DNA of 63,119 nt, the filler included, from Cercozoa sp. M6MM (Eukaryota; Protista; Endomyxa: Ascetosporea): assembly GCA_040357565.1 (NCBI GenBank). It is 8 parts of 8 records of this genome, joined end to end, with 100 filler letters (N's around TTAATTAATTAA, not from the genome) between each part and the next. Parts side by side here need not be neighbours in the genome. Positions count along the whole stretch, not along the records: positions 4,577 to 21,530 come from JBDODJ010000274.1; positions 21,631 to 34,508 come from JBDODJ010000371.1; 6 more parts are not named here. One strand, 5' to 3'. The position numbers were made by a program, and so were the translations under genes. Numbering within the stretch: position 1 is the first letter of the stretch; every line of letters begins with the position of its first letter. The notes under the pieces are model-generated. The model was given only the letters and a program-made list of their open reading frames with translations. It was not told the DNA's origin and made no database searches. This document shows positions 15,311-29,247 of this stretch, in pieces.

Positions 15311-16831
15311 ACAAAGGCAATGCTACCGTAGGCGAGGTACTCGGCCGCCGTCAAGGCCAGACGCGGCGTGATGATACGCTCGACCGTCGGGTCTGTCCAG
15401 AGGAGGCTCACGGTTAAGGGAGCCGTCGATAGCACAAGTGTGAAACTGCCGCACCGTTGGCGAGGTTCATGAACAGTGTCGTGCGCTCCATCGAACCGTG
15501 CTGCTCAAAGTCTTGTCGGAAGAAACGCGCCTGCACACACATCAGCCACGGGGCACATCATTGTTGACTGGGAAAAACGCTGGCATCGATCATAGAGTCC
15601 AGCAAGCTGATACCGTGTCCTTGGTGACACCCATGGCACCGAACACGATGGCAAAGTTGTCCTCGTGCTTGTCCGTGACGCCGTTGCCCTTGTTCTACAA
15701 AAGCAGCACACCATCACAAGCACACGCACACAGCCTCACAAACAAAAAGAGCTACGTCGGCCTCCTTGGCAACGAGCGACGCCTGACGACAGATCTGCAA
15801 AGCCACATACCCACAGTAATACCTAAACCACACACAGACACAGACACAGACACAGACACACAAAAAGAGAGAGACAGAGACACACACCTGGGCAGCGATC
15901 TGGTTGTGCGGCAGACCGGACGCCGAGAAGAGCGGAATCTTCTGTCCACGTGCGACCGAGTTCATCACGTCGATCGTGCTGATGCCTGTCAGTACCATAA
16001 TATTGTCAGTACCATAATATTGGCACAATATAACATGGTACATTATATCATCATTGGTACACAGGGACAGTTGTACCAGTCTGAATCATCTCACGCGGAT
16101 GCATACGCATGCACGGGTTGATGGGCTGGCCCTGGATGTCGAGGAAGTCCTCGGCGAGGATCGGAATGCCGTCCTTGGGCTTGCCAGAGCCGTCGAACGT
16201 GCGGCCGATGATCTCTTCCGACACGGCCATGCGCATCACGTCACCCTGCACATACACAGGCACAGGTAGGTAGGCTTCAAGCAGAAAGCAACACAGGAAG
16301 CAACACGCAAACGGTACGCTGAACTGGCAGTGCGTGCGACGGTTGTCGATACCGGCCGTGCCTTCAAAGACCTGCACGACGGCCTTGTCGCCGGCCACCT
16401 CGAGCACCTGACCTGCACACACTCACACATCCGCGCGGATCCTGGTGACCCTGCCTGACCTGCTTGACTGAAGGCAAGCTACCGCGACGCATCTGACCGT
16501 TGCCAAGACGAATGTCGACGATCTCGGCGTAGCGCGGGAACTGTCATCAGTCAAAACAAGTCGTTGGGACAAACGTTGGCTGTGACACGTGTGTACCTTG
16601 ACCTTGTCGAGGATCACCAGCGGGCCCTTCACCGAGCGAATCGTGTTGTAGCCCACTCGCGGCTGCACTCAAATTACAAAGAGCTTACTCGAAGCTAACA
16701 ACACAGCACACGCACACTCTCTCTGCCAGGCTCGCTGCTACCTCGGTCATCGAAGCCGCCGTGGCCGCAGCAACATTGGTGCGAAAGGCCGCCATGGCCG
16801 GCGACTCGAACAGAGAGACCGATGAGTCCAT
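14066..16831 (-). CDS. ATP6V1B: V-type ATPase subunit B
   Basis: [107 protein letters not shown]. Confidence 0.97.
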
Positions 16832-17238
16832 TTTTGCGGGTGTGTTTCTGCGAAAACATAAGGTGCTGGAATATCACCGAGGGATTGCACAACAAAAACT
16901 AAAAACACATCGTCAGCACGACTGGCTTGCAGGATTCCTATAACCTACCAGACGTGTAGCTCGTATCAACGTCGTGCACACTCCTATCGTCTGCTGTGTT
17001 GCGTTGTCGCACTCGCAGTTGATTTGTTTACTCTTTGGTCGAAATGTACAGTGTACAACGCTGCGAAAACCGTAGCCAACCATTTTGGGCGCGGAAGTTT
17101 CGAGCCACCACGCGTTCCCAAGAGCATTCCAACCGCTTTGTCAGCCTGAATTTGTCAAATAACTTGCTTTACCGAGTTTTGTGAGCACTAAAAAGGCAGC
17201 AAATCCGAAGTTTCGTTCCGTTTGACGTCAATCTGAAA

Positions 17239-18459
17239 ATGGCTTCCACGCGCATCTTTGGTGATGTGACCAATCGTTTCTCACTTGAGGCGCTGTTAAA
17301 GACCAGCGATGTTTCCTCTTCTGTACAACGGCACCTTGTACGTGTCTACAGTCTGCTGGCGACAGTTTGCGGTGCAGCAGTGGTACAATTGACATCAATT
17401 CAATTCATTCATCAAGGCTGCAAGAGTTCGATTGCTTTGCTGTGAGTTTAGGCAGGCACATTGCTGAACGTGGTGTATGGTGTTGGAGATACATTGCTAG
17501 AATGGCCTCTGCTGAGCATTCTGCTGACCGGTATCTTTTTCAGTTAATTGCGAGTGCCAAGTTGTTGCTAATTTCTCTGCATAGTTGGAAGTCTCATGGG
17601 CGTGTTCTTCACATCCCGCGACAACGTGACTCGTCGCACGCAGTTCTTGCTGTTCTTTGGCGCACTGAATGGTTTGTTTCCTTTCGTAGGTTGTTGTGTT
17701 GCTTGCATGGTCATGAGCTCCCCTTTTTCGCAGGCTTGCTGATCGCGCCACTCGTGGAACTGTCACTTGAGATCAAGTGCGTTCTGCTCTTTTTGTGATT
17801 TGAAAGCTTTCGCATGTTTGTTGTGGTTTTCGACAATATTAGTCCGGGAATTCTCGTTGGCGCGATTGGCATCACACTTGGCGTTTTCGTTTCCTTCACT
17901 GCCGCAGCTTTGTCGTCGCAGCGTCGCTCCTACATCGGAGTGGTACCGATGCGGACTTGTAAATTGTGTGTGTGTGTGTTCCTGCTGTACTGTGTTTATT
18001 GAGTCCAGTTCGGTGTGCTCGGCGCCGTTGTGTCGACTTTGCTCGTGCTGCAAGTGTTGTCAATCTTTGTGCCGTCGACGCTGAACTACACTTTGCAACT
18101 CTACTTGGGTACACTCTTCTTCCTCTCTTTCGTGCGCTGTTTCAAATGCAAGGGTGGACGGTATGCAGGCGCCGTTATGATGGCGCTGTACGTGCTGGCC
18201 GATACGCAGATGATCGTGGCACGTGCTGAACGCGGCAACGCCGATCATGTGTACTCCATTTTTGCCATCCTGTTTGTGGATGACACTATTTCTCTAATGT
18301 AGTCAAGACGCCCTGTCACTCTTCCAGGACCTCTTCTCCCTGCTTGTGCGCGTGCTCATCATTCTGCTGCAGAAGCAGGCAAAGCGCGACAGCAGCAGTC
18401 GCGGCAGTAGCCACAGCCGCAGTCGAAGCCGCAAAGGCCGCTCTCAGCGCGTTGCTTGA
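17239..18459 (+). CDS. Bax inhibitor-1 (TMBIM6) family protein
   Basis: VQRHLVRVYSLL, multiple TM exons, YVLADTQMIVARAERG, DALSLFQDLFSLLVRVLIILL. Confidence 0.88.
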
Positions 18460-18720
18460 AAACTCACATGACATCCAACTGAACTCGAAAAACAGCTAAA
18501 AAATCGGCACGTGCATCGCTCCGCCCGCACCCAATTGTCACAAATCAAATTTACGTTAGTCCGCACATACGCGTGCTGAGAAGTCGCAAACCCGGGCCGG
18601 AAATTAAATATAAGCGGAGTGCAAATCGAATTCTCCAACCATGATCATTTCGTTTGTTCGGTCACTAACGGGCACGGCACTATTATCACGTGACACGAAA
18701 CCGACTAGTTGCGTCGCCTT

Positions 18721-19183
18721 CTACGCGACGGCAACGCGTCCGAGTGTCCTGTTTTCGGCCACTTTCGAGTTAATGCCAAATAGGAGAAAGTTAGAGGTCG
18801 TTTCGTACCGAGAAAAACGTTGTGGAAACGCTCGAAAAACGCCACGTCGTCCTCGGTAACTTCGGTGCTGATCTTCTCCTTGCCTAGTGTAGCTCTGTTT
18901 CACAGGCACACATTGCCAGAAACTGCCTCATTTACCATACTCAGGTTGAATCAAAAACGAACCGAATGAGACAAACTGGACCCTCTGGCTTCTCAACTGC
19001 AGAGCATACAAAAGGGATAATTTCAAAGCACAGGAAATAAACACAAAAACATAAAAACAAAAACAGCTGCATACATCGCTTCGTCGTCAAGAACACTGAG
19101 TCAGAACCCGAGCCCGACTTGCGTGCACGCTGAAACAGCATGATTAGTTGCGACAGAAAATCGCCTTGCGCCAACCGCACCAT
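18721..19183 (-). CDS. SRP14: Signal recognition particle 14 kDa subunit
   Basis: MVRLAQGDFLSQLIMLF, SVFLTTKR, CLIRATLGKEKISTEV matches the SRP14 pattern CLLRATDGKKKISTVV. Confidence 0.85.
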
Positions 19184-19546
19184 TGTGTTTTCTTTTCTTT
19201 CTGCCACATCAAGAAGGATGACAATTTCTCGTATTTTGCTTTGGATTGCCAAAAAGAGATACACTATCAAACTTTCGACCGAACGGCGTCGCTCACACAC
19301 AGAGCGTAGTGAAATCAATCTTCACACGGCACGGCAGTGAATCCCGTGCTTATACCATACAGTACTGCACTGCGGGGTTTTTAAGGGTGCGTCGAACAAG
19401 TCATTTGTTGTTCAGTAGTTGGGTTAATTGACTTCAGCATACGGAATTTAGTTAGGTGAACCACGCTAGCGGAGCCACTAGTACCGAGCACTCGTCGATC
19501 GACGAGTTGGATCTGAGCGAACACAAAGAGACAATGGAAGTGTGGT

Positions 19547-21432
19547 TTAGGCGTAGCTGCCGGGCGTGACGCGCACGATGCGGTCGTTCTCGCTGCTGGC
19601 GACGGCGGCGGCACCGGCCGACACAGAGGCCGGCGAGTCGCATCGCTCCGAGTCCTGTCATACACACACACGCCCATGTCGTTTGTCCAGACACATTCAT
19701 GCATAGGAGACGGGCTACCTGTCGCAGTTCGATGTCGACGTAAGGACGCTCGGCGGCGCCGAGGTACAGCTGTCGCGGCCGGCCGATGCGCTGATCGACG
19801 TCCTCGATCATTTCCTTCCACTGTCACAACACACACATACATATATATATATATGTTATATATAGTATTTATATATGTATATATATATAGTATATTCAAT
19901 GTAGAGTATGGCTACCTGCGAGACCCAGCCGACGGTGCGCGCCACTGCGAACAGCACAGTGTACATGCTCTTCGGCACGCCCATTGCCTGCGCAGAATAT
20001 ATATATATATATATATGTATGTATCTGTATATAAAGGTATACATATTTATATATATATATATATGGTATTTATACAGGTATGTATGTATGTATGTCCACC
20101 TTAAGTACGATGCCCGAGTAGAAGTCGACGTTGGGGAACAGCTTGCGCTGCTGGAAGTACTCGTCGGCCAGGGCCGCTTCCTCCAGTGCCTACATACACA
20201 TACATTTATAAGATAAATATGTCGGTTTTTAAAATATTATAAATGAATATCTAGATGTAATATTGTATAAACACCAGGGCTAGTTCGAGCAGCGGTTCAT
20301 CGCGAATGTCCAGTTCGTCCAGAAGCTGTTTAAATAGTCTAGTCCAGTCCAGTTTAAGGGGGAGGGGTATACGGGACTACCTTATACAGCATCTCGCGCA
20401 TCACCTTGGCACGCGGGTCGTAATTCTTGTACACACTGTACACAACGGAAATATAGAACACATGGGCGGTACAAACTGGACACACGGAGAGTGGCTACCG
20501 GTGGCCAAAGCCCATGAGTCGGAACGGGTCGCTCTTGTCCTTGGCACGCGCCAGGAAAAGCGGAATGCGCTCCGGCGTGCCAATCTCCTTGAGCATCTCC
20601 AACACTGCCTCTGCACACACATACACACAGTAGAACACAGGCTTTAATCTTTGGTCCCATGGAGCAGTTGGATGGACCCTTGTACCGTTGGCACCGCCGT
20701 GCGAGGGACCCCACAGCGTCGTGATACCGGCAGCGATACACGCGAACGGGTTCGCCTGCGAGCTACCGGCGATGCGGACCTGATGCACACACACACAGCA
20801 GTTATACCCTCCCCCCACCCACCCAAGGTAGCCTCGCTCAAACACACCGTGGAGGTCGAAGCGTTCTGCTCGTGGTCGGCGTGCAGCATCAGGAAGGTGT
20901 CCAGGCAGCGTGCCACCACGCTGTTGACTCGGTAGTCCGACATTGGCGTTGCGAACATCTAGAGTACATCGAACATATACAGCAAAGACAAGGGATAGAC
21001 AGATGGATAGACAGAGGGATAGACAAGGGGGATAGACAAAAGGATATATAAGGGGATAGACAAAAGAATATATAAGGGGGGATAGACGACAAAAGGATAG
21101 ACAAGGGGATACGGGGAAAGGCGTACCATGTAGAGCAGGTTCTCGGCAAAGTCGAGGTCACTCCGCGGGTACATGATCGGCTCACCCACCGAGTGCTTGT
21201 ACGCCATGGCCGCAATGGTCGGCACCTGCGCGATCAGGCGGTACGACGCCAGCCAACGCGAGTGTGCATCGCGAATATCCAAGGTGTCGTTGTAGAAGGC
21301 CGACAGGGCGCCCACCACACCCACCTGTCCACATGACGTGTATCTACAGCACGTCTGATATGTGAGTACACATCACAAAGATCTACCATAATGGCCATGG
21401 GATGCGCTGCAGTCGTGTAGCCATCGTACATC
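19547..21432 (-). CDS. gltA: Citrate synthase, proteobacterial GltA type; 5' part cut off by the contig end
   Basis: [95 protein letters not shown]; interrupted by spliceosomal introns. Confidence 0.95.
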
Positions 21433-21465
21433 TGTCATCAGGCGGAGGGGTTAAAGATCGCGCGC

Positions 21466-21530
<65 letters not shown>

Positions 21531-21630
21531 NNNNNNNNNNNNNNNNNNNNNNNNNNNNNNNNNNNNNNNNNNNNTTAATTAATTAANNNNNNNNNNNNNN
21601 NNNNNNNNNNNNNNNNNNNNNNNNNNNNNN

Positions 21631-21719
<89 letters not shown>

Positions 21720-21762
21720 CACACGATTTACGCTGACACGTTATTTTGTACTTTGTTGCCTA

Positions 21763-23833
21763 GGCGGCACGATTTTCTAGCGACGGAGAGCTATTGTTTT
21801 TGGGAAGTACAACAGGAGACGTTTTAGTCATTAAAACCCGCTCTTGTTCCTTGGTAAAGATCGACTCAAGCGAATACAAAATACTTTATCATTAAGTGAT
21901 GATTAGGCAAGCGTCGTGCCAGTTTGCAGCGGTGGTGTGAAATATCTGGATGCTCCGAATTGCAAATTCGATTGCTACACGTTTGGTAGAGTTAATTTCC
22001 TTGTACTCCGACAAACTCACTGTTGTTTTAATCCGCTCCCTCATTCCCAAATACCTTCTCGCTACATTTTATTGTCTGTCTGGGACTTCAGTTGCGGCAG
22101 GTGGCGACGGAACACTGTCGCGTAATAACCATAGACATCAATCATTTGTTCCATTGTTGATAGCTGTCTCTTGGGCAGGATTTGAACTGGATGATACCCG
22201 CAACTTTAAAAAAGTGGCCTCGCTGTGCACGACTTCGTCAGCTAAAGCTGCTGCGATGCATATTGTATTTCAAAAAAAAAAAAACAATGATGGTGTCGTG
22301 TTTTCGCCAGCGACATTTATCCTTGGTATCGTATAGACTCGCGACGGTGAGGCCGGAATCGCATCGTTTTACAATGGCAATGTGTACTACTTTTCGTGGA
22401 GCATCGATGCCGAAAAGATCAAAAGCAATGGAGAAAGAAACACTGGCGCATTGAACTTACTTTGCAGTGGGCACACAAAAGCTGTGACGCAGGTGAATTG
22501 TTTCGATTGCATCGCATATTTCTTCGCAATTCTATGTGGCTATTATTTTAGGTCGCTTGGCCACAGGCTGCAGATGCCACACTGTGCGCTAGTGTTTCTG
22601 ACGATGGCACACTTCGCTTCCTTCCTTGTGTCGACTCTGCCGTCGCTTCAGTCGCTGCAACAGTAATAATTGCATGTCCACACCTTGTTCGTACCCACAA
22701 ACATGAATTTCATTGTTGTAAATTTAGGTCAACGCAACGAGCGTTGCAATGAATGGTGACGGGGCAATGGTTGGCTGCTCGGACGGTTGCATCAAGTGCG
22801 TATCATGTGATTTTGACTGTGCTGATAGCACCGATAGCAACGTTCTGTGGACAATACGCGATGCACATCGTGGAAGCGTAACTGCGTTGACGCTAGCTCC
22901 GCACTCGAAGTTCATAGTGTCAGGTACATCTGATCATCGCGACTGTCCATTCCATTCGATTAGGCACTTCAATTTTAGGTGGAGAAGACGGCGGAGTGCG
23001 TGCGTTTCACTCCGAATCACACGAAGTTCTCTCGCACATCCCAGGTGTGCATAGTAGTGGGGTCAATGGTAACTGCCGTTCTGCCGATGTGTTGTGCGAA
23101 AGCGTAAACCCGACTAAAAACTTACAGGTGGAGTTCACAAGCTACTCGTTCTCTCGGATTGCAGACATGTTATCTCAGTTGGTATTTATAATCCAATATA
23201 AATTACTGTAGCGCTCAGGATAAATGCGTACTGACAATAGTAATATCGTGGTTTACTTTTTGCAGGCAAACGAGATCGTCGCATATCCGTGATCGACCTG
23301 AACAAACAACGCATCGTCGCGACGATGGAGTTGCCTGTTTCCAGAATACTGGACGCAGCTCTCTTGACTGTAGGCTCATTGTTCTGTCCAAATTGGCACT
23401 AAGAATTTGATTGCCGCTCTAGCTTCCTTCTGATGTCCGACTTGACAAACACGTTGTCGCGACAAAAGGAATGCATATCGTTGCGAGTGTACATTTTTGC
23501 AACAACTGTGCACGATTATTTTAAAACGGAACTTCTGAACTGTTTGTGACAGATCGGCACGGATGCAGCGCTGCACCTTTGGGACCTGCATACTTTTCAA
23601 CTTATCGCATCATCTCCGCTCTTCGACGTAAGATCAACAAAATCGAATTTCATGCATGCAGTCCGCTGACTATAGCAAGGCCAGGACGCTCCTTGCAACA
23701 TTGCTGCTTCCTGCGATGCCTCGCTTATTGCGATAGGCACTTGTGGTGGTCACGTGCACCTGCGCCGCACGCAAGATATCGGCGAGGATCTCGCAGCAGT
23801 TTGGGCCTGCAGCGGTGAGGTACCACACACACA

Positions 23834-23881
<48 letters not shown>

Positions 23882-23981
23882 NNNNNNNNNNNNNNNNNNN
23901 NNNNNNNNNNNNNNNNNNNNNNNNNNNNNNNNNNNNNNNNNNNNNNNNNNNNNNNNNNNNNNNNNNNNNNNNNNNNNNNNN

Positions 23982-24027
<46 letters not shown>

Positions 24028-24183
24028 GCACGCACGCACACACACATGTACACTCACCACACTTAGGTTGCCCAGCTGGCATTTTCGCCTGACATACCGG
24101 TCACGCAGCTGGCTGTTTCGTCCACTGACAGCTCTCTCTCGATTTGGAACGTCTTACCATGCCTTCAGTTGACTCAGGAATGA
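21763..24183 (+). CDS. WD40-repeat protein, CFAP52/WDR16-like; 5' partial
   Basis: FSSDGELLFLGSTTGDVL, SGHTKAVTQVAW, VGCSDGCIK, WTIRDAHRGSVTAL, FIVSGGEDGGVR. 100-N gap in an intron at 23882-23981. Confidence 0.7.
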
Positions 24184-24604
24184 CCGTCACTTGTCTGTCA
24201 GTGAATTCAGACTGTTCCACTTGACACTCAGCAAAGCGACGTTGCGTCACCGCACGCACAGTGTTTGACCTCAACTTGTTTTGTTTTTCGTTGTCAGTAC
24301 AGTAGTTTTAAAACAGTACTTGCAAGTACCTAAACAAGGGAAGAATCTCGGCTGTCGGTTTCCAAGGGGCAGAGCATAAACTCCTGGGTGATCGATTTCT
24401 CCCACAAAAGTGGTGGTCCCACTCGCTCTGGCTGGTATTATTTTTATTGGTCGAAACAACGATCGGTGCCCTATATCAGCCCTTGCATCTCCTCCACTGT
24501 AAGGGTGTGTTGCGCTCTGTTTTGCTTGTTTGTACCCCAACTTTTTGCGTTTTTGTCCGGGTTACCATAACTGTACCAGGCCTAAGCTGACGAGAATTCC
24601 ACCA

Positions 24605-26105
24605 ATGTCAGCGAACTTCTTATGGTCGCTTACCGAGTGTTCCGGCGCAAACGTCCCGGCAACTCTACAGTCGCTGACTGCCGAGGAACGTGGCGCTCTT
24701 CAGGAATTTGACCGAGCGCTGCACGAATTAAAGTCTGAGGTACTTCAACCGGCTTTTCCCGTATTGTACCATACGTTTTGTCGATCTAACACCTATACGT
24801 GACAGAGTCACGAAGACTTTGATGACGAATCCGTACGAATCGTTTGCGACATGCCTGTCCTTGAGCGCGTCAAATTCCTGCTCGGAAGGTAAAGTTTTTC
24901 TTAGTTTTTAGGATTGATACTGTTTACCGTTGAGACGGCTTGCATCACGGTTTTACGGTTTAAAGATGGAATTATGCCGTTCGTTTATCATGTCTGTTTC
25001 ACTCGACAGAAAGCTGCGGGTAGACCGCGCCGTCGACACGGCTCTGGCGTACGTCGCGAACATGCGCAGTCACAATGGTACGGGTGTTTTTACACAGTAT
25101 CGATGCGTAGCGGTGTGTCGCACTGTACTTTGGTGAACAACAGTGATGGCCGACACGATGGATGTGCGCGAGACCCTTGAGCTTGTCAATGAGTAGCACA
25201 CACATTCGAACATTGCACGTTCACGCGTTTCCTGCGACTGCTTAGGTACATGACGGTCGCGGGCGAAGACATCGGTGGCACTGTCCTGAGTGCGGTCGCA
25301 AGACATTTGGACCCCGATCTTCTTTTGGCCAAGGTGCCGCAGGTGCGTGTTGTATTTCATTCAGTCACGTATGTGGATAAGTTTAGCTGTGTTTCAGGTG
25401 CTTCTGTCCATGCAACTGTTGTTCGACGCGTGCCTCGTTCAAAGCATCGTGACTCGCAACACTGAGGATGATGATACTGAGCGGAAGGCAATGGACCTGC
25501 GGCCGCTTCGTTCCGGCGTTATGATGGTACACTTCACATTCCGGCGGTATCACACTGAGGGTGTTTGACAATGCCGACACGTTAAAGGCTATGGATGCGA
25601 AAGGAGCGGGCTGGAGCAATCTGTACATTACCCATCGATTGATTGCACCATCAACTGTGTATCCGTGTTATCGTCACTTTTTGTTTCTTAGGTCTGCTTC
25701 GCTTGAGAAGATTTTCATCACGCAGTTTGTTGGCAAGTATCCAATGCGGCTGCGCCAGATGATTTTAGTGGACCCTCCAACGTTGATGTCGATTTTCCTT
25801 CGAATGTACAACTCTATTCTACCCATTCAAGTGTAGCATGTTGGGTATGCACAAGGAAATTACGGTGGTTATTGCATCAGTTGCCGGCCTTTTCTGCCGC
25901 TAAAGCTCCGGCAGCGACTCCATCGTGCGTGGACGCAGCGCTGTAATTTCTCTTGCACCAACTCCTATTGACTGTTGCAAGAAGAATGTTGAGAATGTCC
26001 TTGTGTGGTCATGTAGCCGGTGTTGCCGACGACCACGAAAAGGCCTTAGAGCAGTTCCTTCCCGGCAAACAGCGCGTCGAATTTTTCTGCGAATGCTCGG
26101 TATAA
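24605..26105 (+). CDS. CRAL-TRIO (Sec14-like) lipid-binding protein
   Basis: KFLLGRK, DAKGAGW, KYPMRLRQMILVDPP, RPFLPLKLRQR. 3' end approximate. Confidence 0.72.
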
Positions 26106-26382
26106 TCAAGACAAGTCTTTTGCTCAAGGACGGTATCCCAGTTTGTAGGGTTCATTGCGCCCTGTCTACGTGCCGTGGGTCATCGCAAAACGGTTGCGCC
26201 TGGTCGAACGAGGGCTTGTGGTACTTCGTGTCCGCGGTCTGGATTTCGGTTTGGTGTATGTTTTTTCTTGCACGGTAGGACGAAGCAACGATGCAAAAAT
26301 GGCAACTACGACACGAGAATGCGTTGGGCATTTACGCCTTGTTAATTTGACTCTGCAGCCGCGGCGTGCCAGGGACGAGAGA

Positions 26383-26554
26383 GTTGGTTGGTTAGTTGAG
26401 TCTTCTAGGAAACCAACTATGTAAGTTTAGTTCCCCTGCACCAGTCTGGGGTGGGTCACAAGAGCATGGCCGTGTCTACCGCCCGCTTAGGGTAGGATCA
26501 TACAACTCCCCTTTTGACGTTCCCCAGACGCGAAGTCGACTCCATGGTTGGTGC
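26383..26554 (-). mobile_element. Short retroposon-like insertion with 14-bp target-site duplication
   Basis: CCAGGGACGAGAGA at 26369-26382 and 26555-26568; 124 bp homologous to 57358-57480; (AACC/AACT)-type tail on the minus strand. Confidence 0.65.
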
Positions 26555-26860
26555 CCAGGGACGAGAGACTAAACAGCGCAGCATACAGTGCGTCCCAGCT
26601 TTCGTTAGGCTACCAAGCTGGCGTGTATATACGTCTTATTATCACATGCCATTAAGATATCCAGCAACCCGACGCGGCACATCGCATGCTGTTGATATTC
26701 GGACGGACGGGAGTTGAGTAGCACTCAGCATCGTCACAGGGCTTGCGCAAGTGCTATTTTACTTGACTGCAGCACTTCCACAGGATTCTACTAGTGCCAG
26801 CACACAGTTACGCACTTTGACTGGTTCACTGACCGCGTCTTCGTGTTTTTGCACAACATC

Positions 26861-27528
26861 ATGCGTCTGCTGCAGTGGCAATCTCGTTGTGATGCCGAGT
26901 TCTGGCAGGTACCTGTGGACGTATTTTTGTTAGTGAACGTACTGTATGTAACTGTCCATAGTCGCTGTCGCGGCACAAGGTGGCCGAGGCGCGGCTGAGC
27001 GATGCTCCAGTTCCCATCGTCGGCCGATTCGCCGCCGCCCAGCACACGTATGCACATCGCACTGTTTGTCGCTCTTCAGTCTTCCTTTGTGCAGCACAAG
27101 AAAGACATCGACAGCACCGACTTTGAATTTTGCTGGTGACAGCTTTAATTGCGCCGGTGGTACACTGTCTGCTAAGGTACTGGCCTCTGCTTGCAACCTA
27201 CAGGTTTGTAGCCACACCGTCTTCTCTGCTGGATGTTGGCGACTTTGAGTGTCACGGAACGCTGCAGAACCTGTACAATACCGAGCACGCGGCGTTCATA
27301 CACATGTCTGGGTAGATTCGTGCTGTCTATAGGAACACTCTGTCGGAGTTCAAGACTTCCGACGGACTTAAGAAGGTGCTCTTTGTCCAGCAACCTGGGG
27401 TGCCTTGCCAGTGCTATATATGACTTGTTGTCTTATGCTGGCACAGTGGTGGCAAGGCCTTGGCAGCCTGGTCAAAGCTGACATTCAAAGTGGACGCATG
27501 CTGTCGTACCTTGCCTGTGCATGCTCAC

Positions 27529-27570
<42 letters not shown>

Positions 27571-27872
27571 CTCGGTTCTGCAGGCGCGCCAGCGGTGTCG
27601 CCGCCAGCCAGCAAAGTCAGTGTTTCTGAGGAGAGACCCTGGGTCGTTGGTGGGGTGTTTGTGTGTGTTTGTGTGTGTTTTTGGTGTGTGTGTGTGTGTG
27701 TGTGTGCGTGTGTGTGTGTGTGTGTGTCAGTATCACCTCCCCCTCCCAACCACCTGATCGTAGTGAGCCCGAGAAGCTCCTGCAGGTGCACATTCGGTGC
27801 CACGCCGACCTCAAGAAACACGTCTTTAGCTACTGGATCGGTGTGTTAGATATGGGCATGTGTTTAACTATG

Positions 27873-27913
<41 letters not shown>

Positions 27914-28375
27914 CTCGGTTCTGCAGGCGCGCCAGCGGTGTCGCCGCCAGCCAGCAAAGTCAGTGTTTCTGAGGAGAGACCCTGGGTCGTTGGAGAGGTA
28001 TATATATATATTTTTTTTTTCATCCGTGTATAAGTTTAACACTGACATCCACAGGTGGAGGCAGCCTACGCCATCGCTGCCCTGACGCCGTCGGTTCCCT
28101 TCTTTGTCAAAGGTACTCTCGATGTGTATGTCCACACAGACACATGCAGTACTTGTACAAGTATGCGCGTAATACAAGTGCAGTCGGCGAGGAGTACCAC
28201 AACCTGTCGGAATGGTTCCAGTTCGCCGACTCGTTCGATCAGATTCCTTCTGTCGCGTACCTTTTACTTTCGTTGCTTTCTGCTATGTTTGTGTGTGTGC
28301 CTGTATCTGTGCTGTGCCTGTGCCTGTGTGTGCATGTATACTGTATATGTGTGTATATGCGTGTGTATGTGTGTA

Positions 28376-28418
<43 letters not shown>

Positions 28419-28715
28419 CAGTTTCGGCTACGTGGAGCCGTCGAACCAGCGCAGTTGGCCGCTGCGCAACCTCATTACTGCTCTGGCGGCGCACTGCAGC
28501 ACCTTCCGAGTGATCGCCTTGGTAGACCTCCCCTCTCTCCCTGAGACAAATCCTTTTCTCTCTCAATCCACTTACAACTTGTGCTTAGAGAGGCTTCCGT
28601 CCACGTGAGCCGGTCAGAGAGCAGACTTTCCAAGGTACCAAATTGCTATCTGGTGACCGTATGTGTGTGTCTGTGTGTGTGTGCATGTGCGCATGTGCGC
28701 GTGTGTGCATGTGTG

Positions 28716-28758
<43 letters not shown>

Positions 28759-29197
28759 GTGTGTGTGTGTGCCCTGTGCTGCGCAGGAAGCACGACTTTC
28801 ACTGTGACTGTCGATGACTTTGATGTACTTTTTGATTTGATGAGGCTTGCTTATTTGAATGGGTTGGAGTCGGCTTGCTGTCTCGACACACAGCTGGAAG
28901 AAGTGAAACTTGCCGGCCTCGAACGTGACGTCAGTGGCAAGATCAAGGTGTTCTTTTCCCTTTAACTATTGACGGCTGGTGGGCCGGTGCACTGATGTAC
29001 TTGTCTCCTGTAGCCGAGACAAGTCAACCTCGCATCACAGCTGGATCAGTATCACACTACTGTTAATATATTTATAAACATACATTTGTATGAAAGACAT
29101 GTGGAAACCTTACAGCGCGACCCTGTCGGCACAGGCGTCGGTGCTCAACTTGCAGGTGCTCTTGCCCGGCTCTCTCACTGCAAATAACGGTGTGTGC

Positions 29198-29247
<50 letters not shown>

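Noticed and set aside
15989-16022. Short tandem duplications, also near 13741, 39199, 48144 and 60751
   Set aside because: Ordinary slippage duplications with no shared sequence.
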